This document shows, one piece after another, positions 17,375 through 26,850 of a stretch of DNA of 53,508 bases. The stretch is from Dehalococcoidia bacterium UBA6627 (GTDB lineage Bacteria > Chloroflexota > Dehalococcoidia > UBA2979): NCBI GenBank assembly GCA_002455955.1, contig DKLZ01000047.1, forward strand, positions 1 to 53,508, in the 5' to 3' direction. Every line of letters starts with the position of its first letter. Within the stretch, counting starts at the first letter, position 1. The notes below the pieces were generated by a model, which made no database searches, was not told the origin of the DNA, and worked only from the letters and a program-made list of their open reading frames with translations. The position numbers and the translations under genes are program-made.

Positions 17375-18484
17375 TCAGTGGCTACTGGCAGCCTCGCCAC
17401 TCACGCGATCAAACTGTTCCATCGCTTCTTCCACTAAACTGTACACAACCTCAGCAGCTGGTTTGATCTCGTGAATCCCTACGACAGCCTGACCAGCTGG
17501 TGTGGTCATCCAGTCTTCAAGACGTGCTTCACGAATACCTGCAAGAGTCTGATCCACTAGCATACCTTGCAAAGGCATCTGTAACGGTTCAGGGGAATCT
17601 GGCTGTTTCCATGCATCCGACCAGTTCGAGCGCAGCTGCCGAATCGGCTTACCGGACATGGCCCGCGACTGCACTGCGTCCTCGACTTTTGCTTCAATTA
17701 TTCGTTGCTTGAGAAACATCTCAGTTTCCGATTCATGAGTGGCGAGCCAAATAGTACCTGTCCAGATTCCATCCGCGCCCATAGCCAGTGATCCAGCAAG
17801 GTGCTTCCCATTCGAAACTCCACCTGCTGCTAACACGAGGGTGTCTGTTCCTTCTGCTATCTCAACGACCTCAGGAACGAGGGTAAAGGTTCCAACCGTC
17901 CCGCTATGGCCACCAGAGTCATAGCCTTGTGCAATGACTACATCTACCCCAGCTTCGACCTGCCGACGCGCTTGTCGCGGCAATCCAACAAGACCCCATA
18001 CTCGCGTGCCGACTGCATGAGCCTCTTCGATAATGAAAGCTGGACTTCCAAGGCCGGAAGCGAAGATTGGGACACGCTCTTCAAAGACTACTTCGAGTAA
18101 TTCACGTGCATCACGAAGTAAATTTGGAGATCCAGTACCACCGTCGTGGCGTGGTTTCCCTTCACTGATTCCGTTCTCTTTCCGAAGCCCTTCAAGGAAG
18201 TCTCGATGACCTTGAGGAATTAATTCTTCGAGATCTTCGCGGTTCCCCTCGACAAACGAAGCAGGCACGAGCAGATCAACTCCGAACGGTTTGTCACCAA
18301 CACGTTCCTTGATCCACCGGACATCCGATCGTAGTTCATCAGGAGTCCGCCCAACGCCTCCGAGAATGCCAATGCCACCAGCATTTGTGACGGCGACGAT
18401 TACATCTTTGGTGTGCGCAAACGCACATATTGGTACTTCACATCCGTACTCATCGCAAAGCCGTGTGTGCATAGGGTTTAACAT
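17375..18484 (-). CDS. nitronate monooxygenase (NMO / 2-nitropropane dioxygenase, FabK-like) family protein
   Basis: It contains VTNAGGIGILG and VIAQGYDSGGHSG, which are FMN TIM-barrel NMO hallmarks. Start set at ATG 18484 with GGAGAG 7 nt upstream; the track ORF extends to 18583. Confidence 0.85.
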   Translation of the reverse strand: MLNPMHTRLCDEYGCEVPICAFAHTKDVIVAVTNAGGIGILGGVGRTPDELRSDVRWIKERVGDKPFGVDLLVPASFVEGNREDLEELIPQGHRDFLEGLRKENGISEGKPRHDGGTGSPNLLRDARELLEVVFEERVPIFASGLGSPAFIIEEAHAVGTRVWGLVGLPRQARRQVEAGVDVVIAQGYDSGGHSGTVGTFTLVPEVVEIAEGTDTLVLAAGGVSNGKHLAGSLAMGADGIWTGTIWLATHESETEMFLKQRIIEAKVEDAVQSRAMSGKPIRQLRSNWSDAWKQPDSPEPLQMPLQGMLVDQTLAGIREARLEDWMTTPAGQAVVGIHEIKPAAEVVYSLVEEAMEQFDRVSGEAASSH

Positions 18485-18522
18485 TGATTGCTCTCCGATC
18501 ATGGTGCCCACTGATTGTAGAC

Positions 18523-18559
18523 TCTTGTTCACTCGTTCGCTGCGAACGAGTGAACAAGA
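18523..18559. repeat. 17-bp perfect inverted repeat (3-nt loop) between the carboxylase and NMO genes
   Basis: TCTTGTTCACTCGTTCG-CTG-CGAACGAGTGAACAAGA. On the + strand it is followed by TGTTTTTT; on the - strand there is no U-tract. Confidence 0.8.
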
Positions 18560-18586
18560 TGTTTTTTCGAACGAACGACACAAAAG

Positions 18587-21500
18587 CTACCAAGTGTCGA
18601 GGAATCGGTTACGCCCTCGTCGAATTGGATCAGGTGCCGGAGTAGATTTCAAACCTTGAATGATCCAGTAACGAGTTTCGGCAGGATCGATAACATCATC
18701 GATTTCAAATGTAGATGCCACGTTTATCGATCCTCCGCGTTCGTAGGCCTCGGCTAAGAGGCGTTCATACTCACTTGCACGTTCTTCGATATCATCGATT
18801 GCTGCTAACCGGTCACGGTTAGACAACTGAACGCTAGCTTCTTGATTCATGCCCCCATGCTCACCGGTCGGCCAAGCTACAGTGAACAGCGGAGCACGGC
18901 TGCTACCTGTTAGCTGTGCCATCGAGCCAAGTGCGTAACCCTTCCTCAAAATTACGGCGAAACGTGGAGTCTCCAGATTAGCGCCAGTTACAAAGAGCCT
19001 GGCACAGTGTCGGATCAGACCACTCTTCTCTACGTCTGGTCCCACCATCATGCCGGGTGTATCAACTAACGAAATGATCGGAATGTTCCAGGCGTCACAG
19101 AGTTGCCAGAACCGAGCCACTTTATCGGATCCATCACTATCAATTGCGCCACCGATGTACTCGTTATTGTTACATGTGAGACCGAAAGGACGCCCTTCGA
19201 TACGGACGAATGCCGTGATCATCCCGATACCAAATTCAGGACGAAGCTCAATTACGGAGTCTTTATCTGCGAGAATCTCGATCACTTCACGGACGTTAAA
19301 ACTCCTCATTCGATTTTCAGGGATTATGTGACGCAATTTCCTCTGATCGTGCATTTCCCAATCATCAACTCTGCCTTGGAAGTAAGAGAGTAGCTTCTTA
19401 CTGGTGTCGATCGCTTCACTGTGATCCTTAACAACGATGTCAACGGACCCGGCTGGGGCTAGATCGGACATTGCTCCGACTTCTTCCGGTAAAAACGCTC
19501 CCATGCCGCTACCTTCGATCACGGCAGGACCGCCCATTGCAATCAAGGCATCCTCTGTCGCAATGATGATGTCAGTACAGCCAAGAATTGCGGCATTACC
19601 TGCGTAACACCATCCTGCGGTCACTCCGATAATCGGCACTTTGCCACTCAGTTCAGCAAGTCGTGCCCACGTAGCACCAGTTCCACCGAAACCACGTGCT
19701 GGATCTCCATCACTATCTCCAGATCGCCCTCCAGCTCCTTCGGCATGAAAAATGACCGGAAGTGACATCTCGTTCGCGAGCTCCAGCATGCGATCTGTTT
19801 TCATATGACCGTGCCCACCCTGTGTTCCAGCGAACACAGTGTCGTCATATGAAATAAAAACGGTTCGAGCACGTTCTTCGTCAAATAGATCACCATTCAC
19901 ACTGCCGATCCCCATGACTAAACCATCGGCGGGTGTTTTCCAGATCAATTCATCAAGAGGTCTCTTGCGGCGTTGGCGGGCAATGACTAATCCGCCGTAC
20001 TCAACCCACGTGTCGGAATCGATCAGTTGTGAAATGTTCTCGCGTACGGTTTTGCGATTTCGACTATGCCGTCGCTCGACAGCCGCCGGTCGATTTTCAT
20101 CCAGTAGAAATTTACGACGGTCAAAGAGCGCTTGTAGATCAGGACGGATGTAATCCAAATCTACTTCAGGCGAGGATTCCGTGATCTCGCTGCCGACATC
20201 CATTTCTTCGATGAACGCCAACGGATGGTCTTCATACACAACGGTTCCGGTCGATACGGTCACCTGTCGAATTACTCCACCTTGCGGTGCGTAAACAAGG
20301 TGCTCCATTTTCAATGCGCTCATAACGAACAGTTGCTGTCCTTTCCGCACCGCATCTCCCTCTGAAATATTAATTTCAATCACTGTGCCTTGCAGGGGGG
20401 CAGTGATAGGGATCGTGTTTGGCGGCCCGATGACCGCAATTTGCGTTTCTCTTTCCGTGCGTGTCGCTTCGCCTGAACGGAAATATTCCAGAGATGCCAG
20501 TGGGTCACGCGCATCTAGGGAAGCACCGGCCTGACTGGTAGATTCACCGTCAGGTTGCCCTGTCCTTTCGGGATGTATTGCGAGCGCGCTGACTTTCTCA
20601 TCAATCCATCGCGTATGAACATGGCCTTTGTGGAAGTCTTCGTGTCTTAGCACATTCAGGAGGAACGGTATGTTCGTTTCGACGCCATCGATTTCGAATT
20701 CTTCCAGTGCTCGAGTCGTTCGTCGGATAACGTCTTGAAAATTATCGGATGTGGAATGGCCGATCACTTTAGCAATTAAAGAATCAAAATTAGGGTTCGT
20801 TGCGTATCCATGATATCCATAACTATCAATGCGAACTCCCGGACCTGACGGTGCTTCGAATGTATCCAGCGTGCCGCCAGTCGGGATTATTTGCCCATCG
20901 GTGTTAATCCGTTCGGTATTGACGCGAGCCTGAATCGCAAAGCCGCGTGGTCTCGGAATCTCAAATTGCTCCAGGCCAAGATCAGCAAGAGTTTCGCCAC
21001 CAGCCAAACGCAATTGGGCTTGTACTAAATCGATCCCTGTCACCTCTTCAGTAACCGTATGTTCAACTTGCAATCGAGCGTTCGCCTCAATGAAAGCGAA
21101 ATCACCATCGGAAGAATCGTCTACGAGAAACTCCACAGTACCGAGGCTTTGATAGTTCGCAGCTTTAGCTATCTTGATCGCTGCAGCTGCGATCGCTTCC
21201 CGTTGCGAGTCTGACAGGTACGGACTGGGAGCAATTTCTAATAGTTTTTGATGGCGTCGTTGCACACTGCATTCACGTTCTCCGAGGTGACTCAACGATC
21301 CTGTAGAGTCGCCAATTACTTGAATTTCAATATGGCGTGCACGCGGGATAAGACGTTCAACATAAACTCTGCCATCACCGAACGCCGCAGCAGCTTCTGA
21401 GCTGGCACGCTGGTACGCAGAAGCAACGTCTTTCGCATCAGTCACAAGGCGCATTCCGCGACCGCCACCACCGCTAATTGCCTTAATTAACATCGCGGGA

Positions 21501-21985
21501 CCGGCATTTGAATCTTTCCCATTGCTAGCGGTTGCCAGGCTCGTAAAAAACGATTCTGCTTCTTCAAGATTGACTGAACTAGTGCTTCCAGAGAGCACAG
21601 GAACTCCGGCGTGTTCAGCCAACGCACGTGCACGTGATTTATCGCCAAACACGTCGAGTGTTTCCGCAGTAGGACCGACAAAGGTCAATCCAGCTTCTGC
21701 ACATGCGGAGGCCAATGTCGCATTCTCTGAAAGGAATCCGTAACCAGGATGTACAGCATCACATCCCTGCTCAATAGCAGCAGTAATTATTCCTTCGACA
21801 TTCAAATAAGCTGGCGCACCTGTACCACTAAGCTGGTACGCATCATCTGCCTTTCTCACAGCAAGAGAATTCGCATCATCTTCGGAGAATGTCACCACAG
21901 TCGGGATTCCTAGGTCGGCAGCAGCGCGGATGATGCGCATCGCTATTTCACCACGGTTCGCCACCAACAGTTTCGATAAACTCAT
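18587..21985 (-). CDS. single-chain multidomain acyl-CoA carboxylase (biotin carboxylase + BCCP + carboxyltransferase)
   Basis: N-terminal LLVANRGEIAMRIIRAA biotin carboxylase ATP-grasp, a central biotinyl motif VMSALKMEH, and a C-terminal carboxyltransferase of about 510 aa. Start set at ATG 21985; the track ORF extends to 22057. Confidence 0.85.
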   Translation of the reverse strand: MSLSKLLVANRGEIAMRIIRAAADLGIPTVVTFSEDDANSLAVRKADDAYQLSGTGAPAYLNVEGIITAAIEQGCDAVHPGYGFLSENATLASACAEAGLTFVGPTAETLDVFGDKSRARALAEHAGVPVLSGSTSSVNLEEAESFFTSLATASNGKDSNAGPAMLIKAISGGGGRGMRLVTDAKDVASAYQRASSEAAAAFGDGRVYVERLIPRARHIEIQVIGDSTGSLSHLGERECSVQRRHQKLLEIAPSPYLSDSQREAIAAAAIKIAKAANYQSLGTVEFLVDDSSDGDFAFIEANARLQVEHTVTEEVTGIDLVQAQLRLAGGETLADLGLEQFEIPRPRGFAIQARVNTERINTDGQIIPTGGTLDTFEAPSGPGVRIDSYGYHGYATNPNFDSLIAKVIGHSTSDNFQDVIRRTTRALEEFEIDGVETNIPFLLNVLRHEDFHKGHVHTRWIDEKVSALAIHPERTGQPDGESTSQAGASLDARDPLASLEYFRSGEATRTERETQIAVIGPPNTIPITAPLQGTVIEINISEGDAVRKGQQLFVMSALKMEHLVYAPQGGVIRQVTVSTGTVVYEDHPLAFIEEMDVGSEITESSPEVDLDYIRPDLQALFDRRKFLLDENRPAAVERRHSRNRKTVRENISQLIDSDTWVEYGGLVIARQRRKRPLDELIWKTPADGLVMGIGSVNGDLFDEERARTVFISYDDTVFAGTQGGHGHMKTDRMLELANEMSLPVIFHAEGAGGRSGDSDGDPARGFGGTGATWARLAELSGKVPIIGVTAGWCYAGNAAILGCTDIIIATEDALIAMGGPAVIEGSGMGAFLPEEVGAMSDLAPAGSVDIVVKDHSEAIDTSKKLLSYFQGRVDDWEMHDQRKLRHIIPENRMRSFNVREVIEILADKDSVIELRPEFGIGMITAFVRIEGRPFGLTCNNNEYIGGAIDSDGSDKVARFWQLCDAWNIPIISLVDTPGMMVGPDVEKSGLIRHCARLFVTGANLETPRFAVILRKGYALGSMAQLTGSSRAPLFTVAWPTGEHGGMNQEASVQLSNRDRLAAIDDIEERASEYERLLAEAYERGGSINVASTFEIDDVIDPAETRYWIIQGLKSTPAPDPIRRGRNRFLDTW

Positions 21986-22121
21986 TGTCCTGCCTCTCTT
22001 AGAATGAGACCCATCATCCTGCTGCAGGGAGAGAATACGCGATGCTACTGCGCCCACCGTAATTCAATAGAGACACAGCGTAAGACTGACTATATAAGAA
22101 GAGGGTGAGATCGGAGCAATA

Positions 22122-22541
22122 ATGACAGCAATGGATAAAAAGACCCGTGAGAATTTTCTCGGAGACACAAAAATTGCAGTTCTTTCGACAAACACTGAAG
22201 AAGGGCCACCCTTCTCTGTGCCAATTTGGTTTGAATGGGATGGTTCCCGCGCATGCTTTTTTACCAGTGCCAATTCTCCAAAGATGGAGCGAATGGCAAC
22301 GGACTCACAAGTTTCATTGCTCGTTGCTAATCCAAGTGGAGCGCCCGAACAATGGGTACTCATTGAAGGGCGAGTGGAAATCACAGAACGAAATGCCTTT
22401 GACCTCGCTGAGCGGCTAGCGCACCGTTATTGGGATATGGAAGATCCTGCTCATATCAAAATGGTCGAGGAGTGGAGAGCGAGTGCCACCAGCTTGAGAT
22501 TGCTAGAAATTTTGCCGACGAGAATTCGAAGCTCAAATTAG
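22122..22541 (+). CDS. PPOX-class (pyridoxamine 5'-phosphate oxidase family) probable F420/FMN-binding protein
   Basis: 139 aa. The pattern AVLSTNTEEGPPFSVPIWFEWDG...VLIEGRVEI is the split-barrel PPOX pattern. Confidence 0.7.
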   Translation: MTAMDKKTRENFLGDTKIAVLSTNTEEGPPFSVPIWFEWDGSRACFFTSANSPKMERMATDSQVSLLVANPSGAPEQWVLIEGRVEITERNAFDLAERLAHRYWDMEDPAHIKMVEEWRASATSLRLLEILPTRIRSSN

Positions 22542-22594
22542 CGAAGCAGCATTTGGTGCCACTGTACCGATGCGGGTTGTAGCATCAAAAGTAT

Positions 22595-22668
22595 TGCCGG
22601 GTGGTGTAAAGGTAGCACAGGGGACTTTGAATCCCTAAGTCTGGGTTCGAATCCCAGCCTGGCATCCA
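22595..22668 (+). tRNA. tRNA-Gln (anticodon UUG)
   Basis: Hand-folded, 74 nt. Acceptor TGCCGGG/CCTGGCA, anticodon arm GGGGA-CTTTGAA-TCCCT, T arm CTGGG-TTCGAAT-CCCAG, CCA encoded. Confidence 0.85.
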
Positions 22669-22745
22669 TACCGTAACTGCTGCATTCGTTAACAAGGAAT
22701 CCATTGTCGCAGCTGATTACTCGTGCCAGACTGACTTGAGTCTGA

Positions 22746-22821
22746 TCCCCGATAGCTCAATTGGTAGAGCGACCGGCTGTTAACCGGTAGGTTCGTGGTT
22801 CGAGTCCACGTCGGGGAGCCA
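22746..22821 (+). tRNA. tRNA-Asn (anticodon GUU)
   Basis: Hand-folded, 76 nt. Acceptor TCCCCGA/TCGGGGA, anticodon arm ACCGG-CTGTTAA-CCGGT, T arm CGTGG-TTCGAGT-CCACG, CCA encoded. Confidence 0.9.
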
Positions 22822-22834
22822 ACTAATCTCGAAA

Positions 22835-24109
22835 ATGTTCGACACATCTTTCATCTTACGAAACCTACCTGCTTTCCAATCAGCGGACTATCGGAGACTT
22901 TTCACTAGTTTCTTCTTTGCATCTGCATCTAGATGGGCTCTCGTCTTGGGGCAAAGTTGGCTTGTATTCGAGCTTACCGACAGTTCGCTTGCGGTTGGTG
23001 CCGTTTATTGTGCAGGTGCGGCACAGTTTGTGATTGTCGGACCGTTTGCCGGAGCGATCGCTGACCGGATCGACCGGCGACGACTGGCTATTAACGCATT
23101 GATCTTGTCTGTGATTTGTTCAACCGCACTCGCCGCAATTACATTAGCTAACGTAGTCGAAGTCTGGCATGTGATAGCGATAGCTGTCGTACAAGGATGG
23201 GCGCAGGCTGCGGCAATGCCAGCGCAACGATCGTTGCTCGCTAATCTAGTACCGCGCGAACATCTGATGAACGCTGTCGCCTTAGGTGGTATGCCGGTCC
23301 ACGGTTCGCGATTTGCCGGTCCCCTGTTTGGCGGAATCCTCCTTGCAACTCTTGGCGCAGGAGCAGTTTTCCTATTATCGGCGGCGATTCTGACCGTGGC
23401 AGTCCTACTGATATCAAGGATCCAACATCGAGCCGAACCCTTTGCCGGCTCGTCTGGTGTGGCAAGCGTCATGACAGATGTACGCTACGGCTTCGTTTAT
23501 ACATGGGCAGATCGTCGGATCAGATTAGTTATCGCGTTGATCATCTTTCACTGCTCGTTCACGATGGCGTTCAACTCGCTGCTGCCGAGATTAACCACTG
23601 ATATCGGTGGCGGTGACATGACTTTTAGCCTGATTATGATGGGCATTGGGACCGGTGCCATTATCGGGACTCTAGCGATTTCGGTCGTACGCAATCGAAT
23701 CTTGCAAGGAGCTTCCCTGAACGTCGTCGGAATTGGTAGTGGCATCGCAATGCTACTCATGGGTCTGTTCGATTCGGTAACGATCGTCGTAATCGGTGCC
23801 ATACTAGCGGGTGCTACGCAGGCCACATATATGGCGATCTCTCAGGTGCTGGTACAAGAGATTGTGCCTGACTCCCTAAGAGGGCGCGTAATGGCCATCT
23901 ACACAATGATGGCAGCCGGCCATATGGCACTTATCAATCTCGGCTTCGGAGTTCTTGCCGATGAAATTGGTGTTCGTCCTCTTCTAGTGGTACCGGCACT
24001 TGTATGGATTGGGATCTTCCTCGTTACAGCGCTCATAAGCGTTGACCTGCGTAACGTACTAAGGAAGGGTGAATTCCATACAACCGAGGCACCAACTGTC
24101 AACGGGTGA
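22835..24109 (+). CDS. MFS transporter (EntS/MFS_3-like, 12 TMS)
   Basis: 424 aa and strongly hydrophobic, with the GAIADRIDRRR loop motif. Confidence 0.8.
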   Translation: MFDTSFILRNLPAFQSADYRRLFTSFFFASASRWALVLGQSWLVFELTDSSLAVGAVYCAGAAQFVIVGPFAGAIADRIDRRRLAINALILSVICSTALAAITLANVVEVWHVIAIAVVQGWAQAAAMPAQRSLLANLVPREHLMNAVALGGMPVHGSRFAGPLFGGILLATLGAGAVFLLSAAILTVAVLLISRIQHRAEPFAGSSGVASVMTDVRYGFVYTWADRRIRLVIALIIFHCSFTMAFNSLLPRLTTDIGGGDMTFSLIMMGIGTGAIIGTLAISVVRNRILQGASLNVVGIGSGIAMLLMGLFDSVTIVVIGAILAGATQATYMAISQVLVQEIVPDSLRGRVMAIYTMMAAGHMALINLGFGVLADEIGVRPLLVVPALVWIGIFLVTALISVDLRNVLRKGEFHTTEAPTVNG

Positions 24110-24169
24110 CAAATCTGTACCAGCTCGAATTATGACTCTTGATCGATAACGCAAGCGGGAACTAACGAA

Positions 24170-24216
24170 ACCCGCTCAAGATCTTGATCAGTCGCAGCAA
24201 CCACTTCGAGATCAAT
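24170..24216. repeat. 47-bp exact copy of an internal nitroreductase gene segment (intergenic copy, gene fragment)
   Basis: ACCCGCTCAAGATCTTGATCAGTCGCAGCAACCACTTCGAGATCAAT is identical to 26347..26393. About 15 nt of weaker similarity extends to the left (24157-24169). Confidence 0.9.
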
Positions 24217-24264
24217 GACAGTTTTTTATTCAAGGTAAATCCACCGGTACCGATCTAGTTGTCG

Positions 24265-25350
24265 TTACAAGGCTTCAACAATCGCAGCTCCAAGTTCCGA
24301 TGTTGAAGCATTTCCACCAAGGTCAGGGGTTCGAGGGGCACCATTTATTGGATCTAGCACCGTTTCAATAGCACGAAGTATTGTGTCATGTACTTTTCGA
24401 TGACCTAAAAACTCCAACATCATCGCACCGCACCAAATCTGGCCAATAGGGTTTGCAATATTCTTACCCGCTATATCAGGTGCTGACCCATGCACTGGTT
24501 CAAACAGTGATGGAAATTTCAGCGGAGGATTGAGATTCGCACTTGGAGCAAGCCCAATGGTTCCGGTGCAAGCAGGTCCGAGATCGCTGAGAATGTCACC
24601 GAACAAGTTGCTAGCAACTACTACGTCAAAGAAGTCGGGGCGCTGGACGAAGTGCGCTGCAAGGATGTCAATGTGGAATTGGTCGACCTTTACATCTGGA
24701 TAGTTGGCTGCCATCGCCGCAACGCGTTCATCCCAGTAAGGCATTGTAATAGCTATACCATTAGATTTAGTGGCACTGGTTAAATGTTGACTGGATCGAG
24801 CCTGTGCTAATTCGAACGCGTACTCCAACACGCGGTCCACACCGATGCGAGACATGACAGTTTCCTGCATAACCAATTCACGATCGGTGCCTGAAAAAAT
24901 CCGGCCACCGATGCTCGAATACTCACCTTCAGTGTTCTCTCGAACGATATACATATCGATCTCACCAGCTTCGCGTGGACTACCGTCCGGTCGCACTACC
25001 GGAGCAATAACACCTGGCATCAAGCGTGCCGGCCGCAGATTGATGTACTGGTCGAACTCTCGTCGAAATTGGAGCAATGAACCCCAGAGTGAGATGTGAT
25101 CTGGAATCTTGTCGGGCCATCCGACTGCACCAAAAAAGATCGCGTCGTGCTCACCTATCTGCTCCTTCCAATTAGTGGGGAGCATTTGTTGGTGTTGCTC
25201 GTAATATTCCCATGAAGCGAAATCGAAATGATCGAATGTGAGATCTATATCAAATTTTGTAGCCACAGCATCAAGGACTCGTAGACCTTCTGGGACCACC
25301 TCTTTGCCAATTCCGTCACCGGCGATGACTGCTATTTTAGTTGCACTCAT
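24265..25350 (-). CDS. tartrate dehydrogenase / D-malate dehydrogenase (decarboxylating)-like, isocitrate/isopropylmalate dehydrogenase family
   Basis: It contains KIAVIAGDGIGKEVVPEGLRVL, FFGAVGWP, LRPARL, VRENTEGEYS and NLFGDILSD, which are family hallmarks. The N-terminal pattern is closest to the TtuC/DmlA type as I recall it. Confidence 0.8.
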   Translation of the reverse strand: MSATKIAVIAGDGIGKEVVPEGLRVLDAVATKFDIDLTFDHFDFASWEYYEQHQQMLPTNWKEQIGEHDAIFFGAVGWPDKIPDHISLWGSLLQFRREFDQYINLRPARLMPGVIAPVVRPDGSPREAGEIDMYIVRENTEGEYSSIGGRIFSGTDRELVMQETVMSRIGVDRVLEYAFELAQARSSQHLTSATKSNGIAITMPYWDERVAAMAANYPDVKVDQFHIDILAAHFVQRPDFFDVVVASNLFGDILSDLGPACTGTIGLAPSANLNPPLKFPSLFEPVHGSAPDIAGKNIANPIGQIWCGAMMLEFLGHRKVHDTILRAIETVLDPINGAPRTPDLGGNASTSELGAAIVEAL

Positions 25351-25562
25351 AACTTGCGCCTTCCATGCACTCGATATTGAACAAACTCTTCAGCTGATGG
25401 AATGTCGTGTTAATGGATTTACTCGTGCCGTCCGATCAACAATGTGATTTACAGCTCTGAAGGATACTCCCGTCTATCATGATTACGAAGAAGCGATCCA
25501 TTCGATGGTGACGGTCAGATGAGGCAAAATGCTGAGCAACGAAACTCGCAAGGAGTATGGCA

Positions 25563-26045
25563 ATGCTACCAACTGCAGACGAACCTACCGTCTATGCACA
25601 TTTGCTAAGGGAAGCACTCTCAGCAATCGCAGAAACTATCGAAGAATTACCCAGTGCTGAGTTAGACGTTCATTTGGCTGATGGCGTTAGTAGCCCTGCA
25701 CAACTAGCAGCACACGTTGCAGGTGCTATTCGTGCCTACGTCCTAGGGGTTGGTTGCGGCCTTGATGTTGAACGCGATCGCCCAGAAGAATTCGCAACTG
25801 CCGACATGCCATCTGAAGAATTAGCAAACGCACTACGAGCTCTCGCAGACGATATCGATTCCACTATGAACAAGATCGACCCAGTGATTTTTGATGAGTT
25901 GACCGTGCCCGAACAATCACTATTCGGAGCTGCTCCTACCCGAGAAGTATCTCGACGTTCGGCGATTGTTTCAGCGATTAGGCATATTGGTGAGCACCTC
26001 GGACATTTACATCTTAGCCGCGACATGCTCGCCGATCGGCGATGA
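25563..26045 (+). CDS. DinB-family (DinB_2/YfiT-like) protein
   Basis: About 160 aa and helical, with His-containing segments AAHVAG and IRHIGEHLGHL typical of DinB-fold metal sites. AAGGAG lies 7 nt upstream of ATG 25563. Confidence 0.55.
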   Translation: MLPTADEPTVYAHLLREALSAIAETIEELPSAELDVHLADGVSSPAQLAAHVAGAIRAYVLGVGCGLDVERDRPEEFATADMPSEELANALRALADDIDSTMNKIDPVIFDELTVPEQSLFGAAPTREVSRRSAIVSAIRHIGEHLGHLHLSRDMLADRR

Positions 26046-26078
26046 TTCACGATTTGGCGATGTGCATGAAGCAAAAAC

Positions 26079-26744
26079 TTAGACGACTAGCGGCCCTCCA
26101 TGCCATCGCTCGAGATGAGTAAACTCGTCGACTGTACGGCGCTTCAACTTGGTCAACTGACGAGTTGGCTTCCCGAAAGGAATCACGGCTGCAACTGCTA
26201 CGTGCTCGGGAATCTCTAATAATTCTTGCAATTTGTGCTCCTGCGCAATTGGCAACGTAGTTAGAGTCCCTCCGTAACCTTCATTCCGTGCAGCGAGGAG
26301 AATATTCCAAGCCAAAGGGTAAATAGAGCCACCACTAACTAGCCCTACCCGCTCAAGATCTTGATCAGTCGCAGCAACCACTTCGAGATCAATACAAACA
26401 ATCAAAAGAACAGGTGCAAGAGCAAGAGTTTCCGTCAGGATCGCCGGCGGCGCAGTTTCAAAAATCGTCTCTTCACTTACTCGAGCTGGAGATAAGGGAT
26501 TCCACGGGTTTTCACCATTAGCACGTTGGGCCGCGTAGCGCTTTGCAGCAGGCGCTCCAAGCATGCTAATTGCCCGCTTGCTATCCTCATCACGGATTAC
26601 AATCACATGGCCACCTTGCCTATTTCCTCCTGATGAGGCGAAGCGTGCATTGTCTAAAATTTGATGAAGAATCGCGTCTGGAACTGGATCATCGCTGAAT
26701 TGCCGCGCGGCAAACGTCGTCCGCATGACCTCATATAACTCCAT
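26079..26744 (-). CDS. nitroreductase family protein
   Basis: 221 aa. The N-terminus TTFAARQFSDDPVPD...ARFASSGGNRQ is the FMN nitroreductase signature. Confidence 0.85.
   Translation of the reverse strand: MELYEVMRTTFAARQFSDDPVPDAILHQILDNARFASSGGNRQGGHVIVIRDEDSKRAISMLGAPAAKRYAAQRANGENPWNPLSPARVSEETIFETAPPAILTETLALAPVLLIVCIDLEVVAATDQDLERVGLVSGGSIYPLAWNILLAARNEGYGGTLTTLPIAQEHKLQELLEIPEHVAVAAVIPFGKPTRQLTKLKRRTVDEFTHLERWHGGPLVV
26347..26393. repeat. 47-bp repeat, genic copy inside the nitroreductase CDS
   Basis: Identical to 24170..24216. It encodes IDLEVVAATDQDLERV on the - strand. Confidence 0.9.
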
Positions 26745-26850
26745 CGAAACCCCCTCGAGTGATCACCTTTAGTCCGTCATACTTAGTATCGCGCACGTCA
26801 GTTCATCTGCAGAATGCCATAGACACAACGTGCTATCCGAGGAGGACACG

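Noticed and set aside
18523-18567. The 17-bp palindrome as a canonical rho-independent terminator of the carboxylase gene
   Set aside because: The carboxylase is on the - strand, and on that strand the hairpin is followed by AGTCTACAATC, not a U-tract. The T6 run is on the + strand only, so I report the structure without a terminator call.
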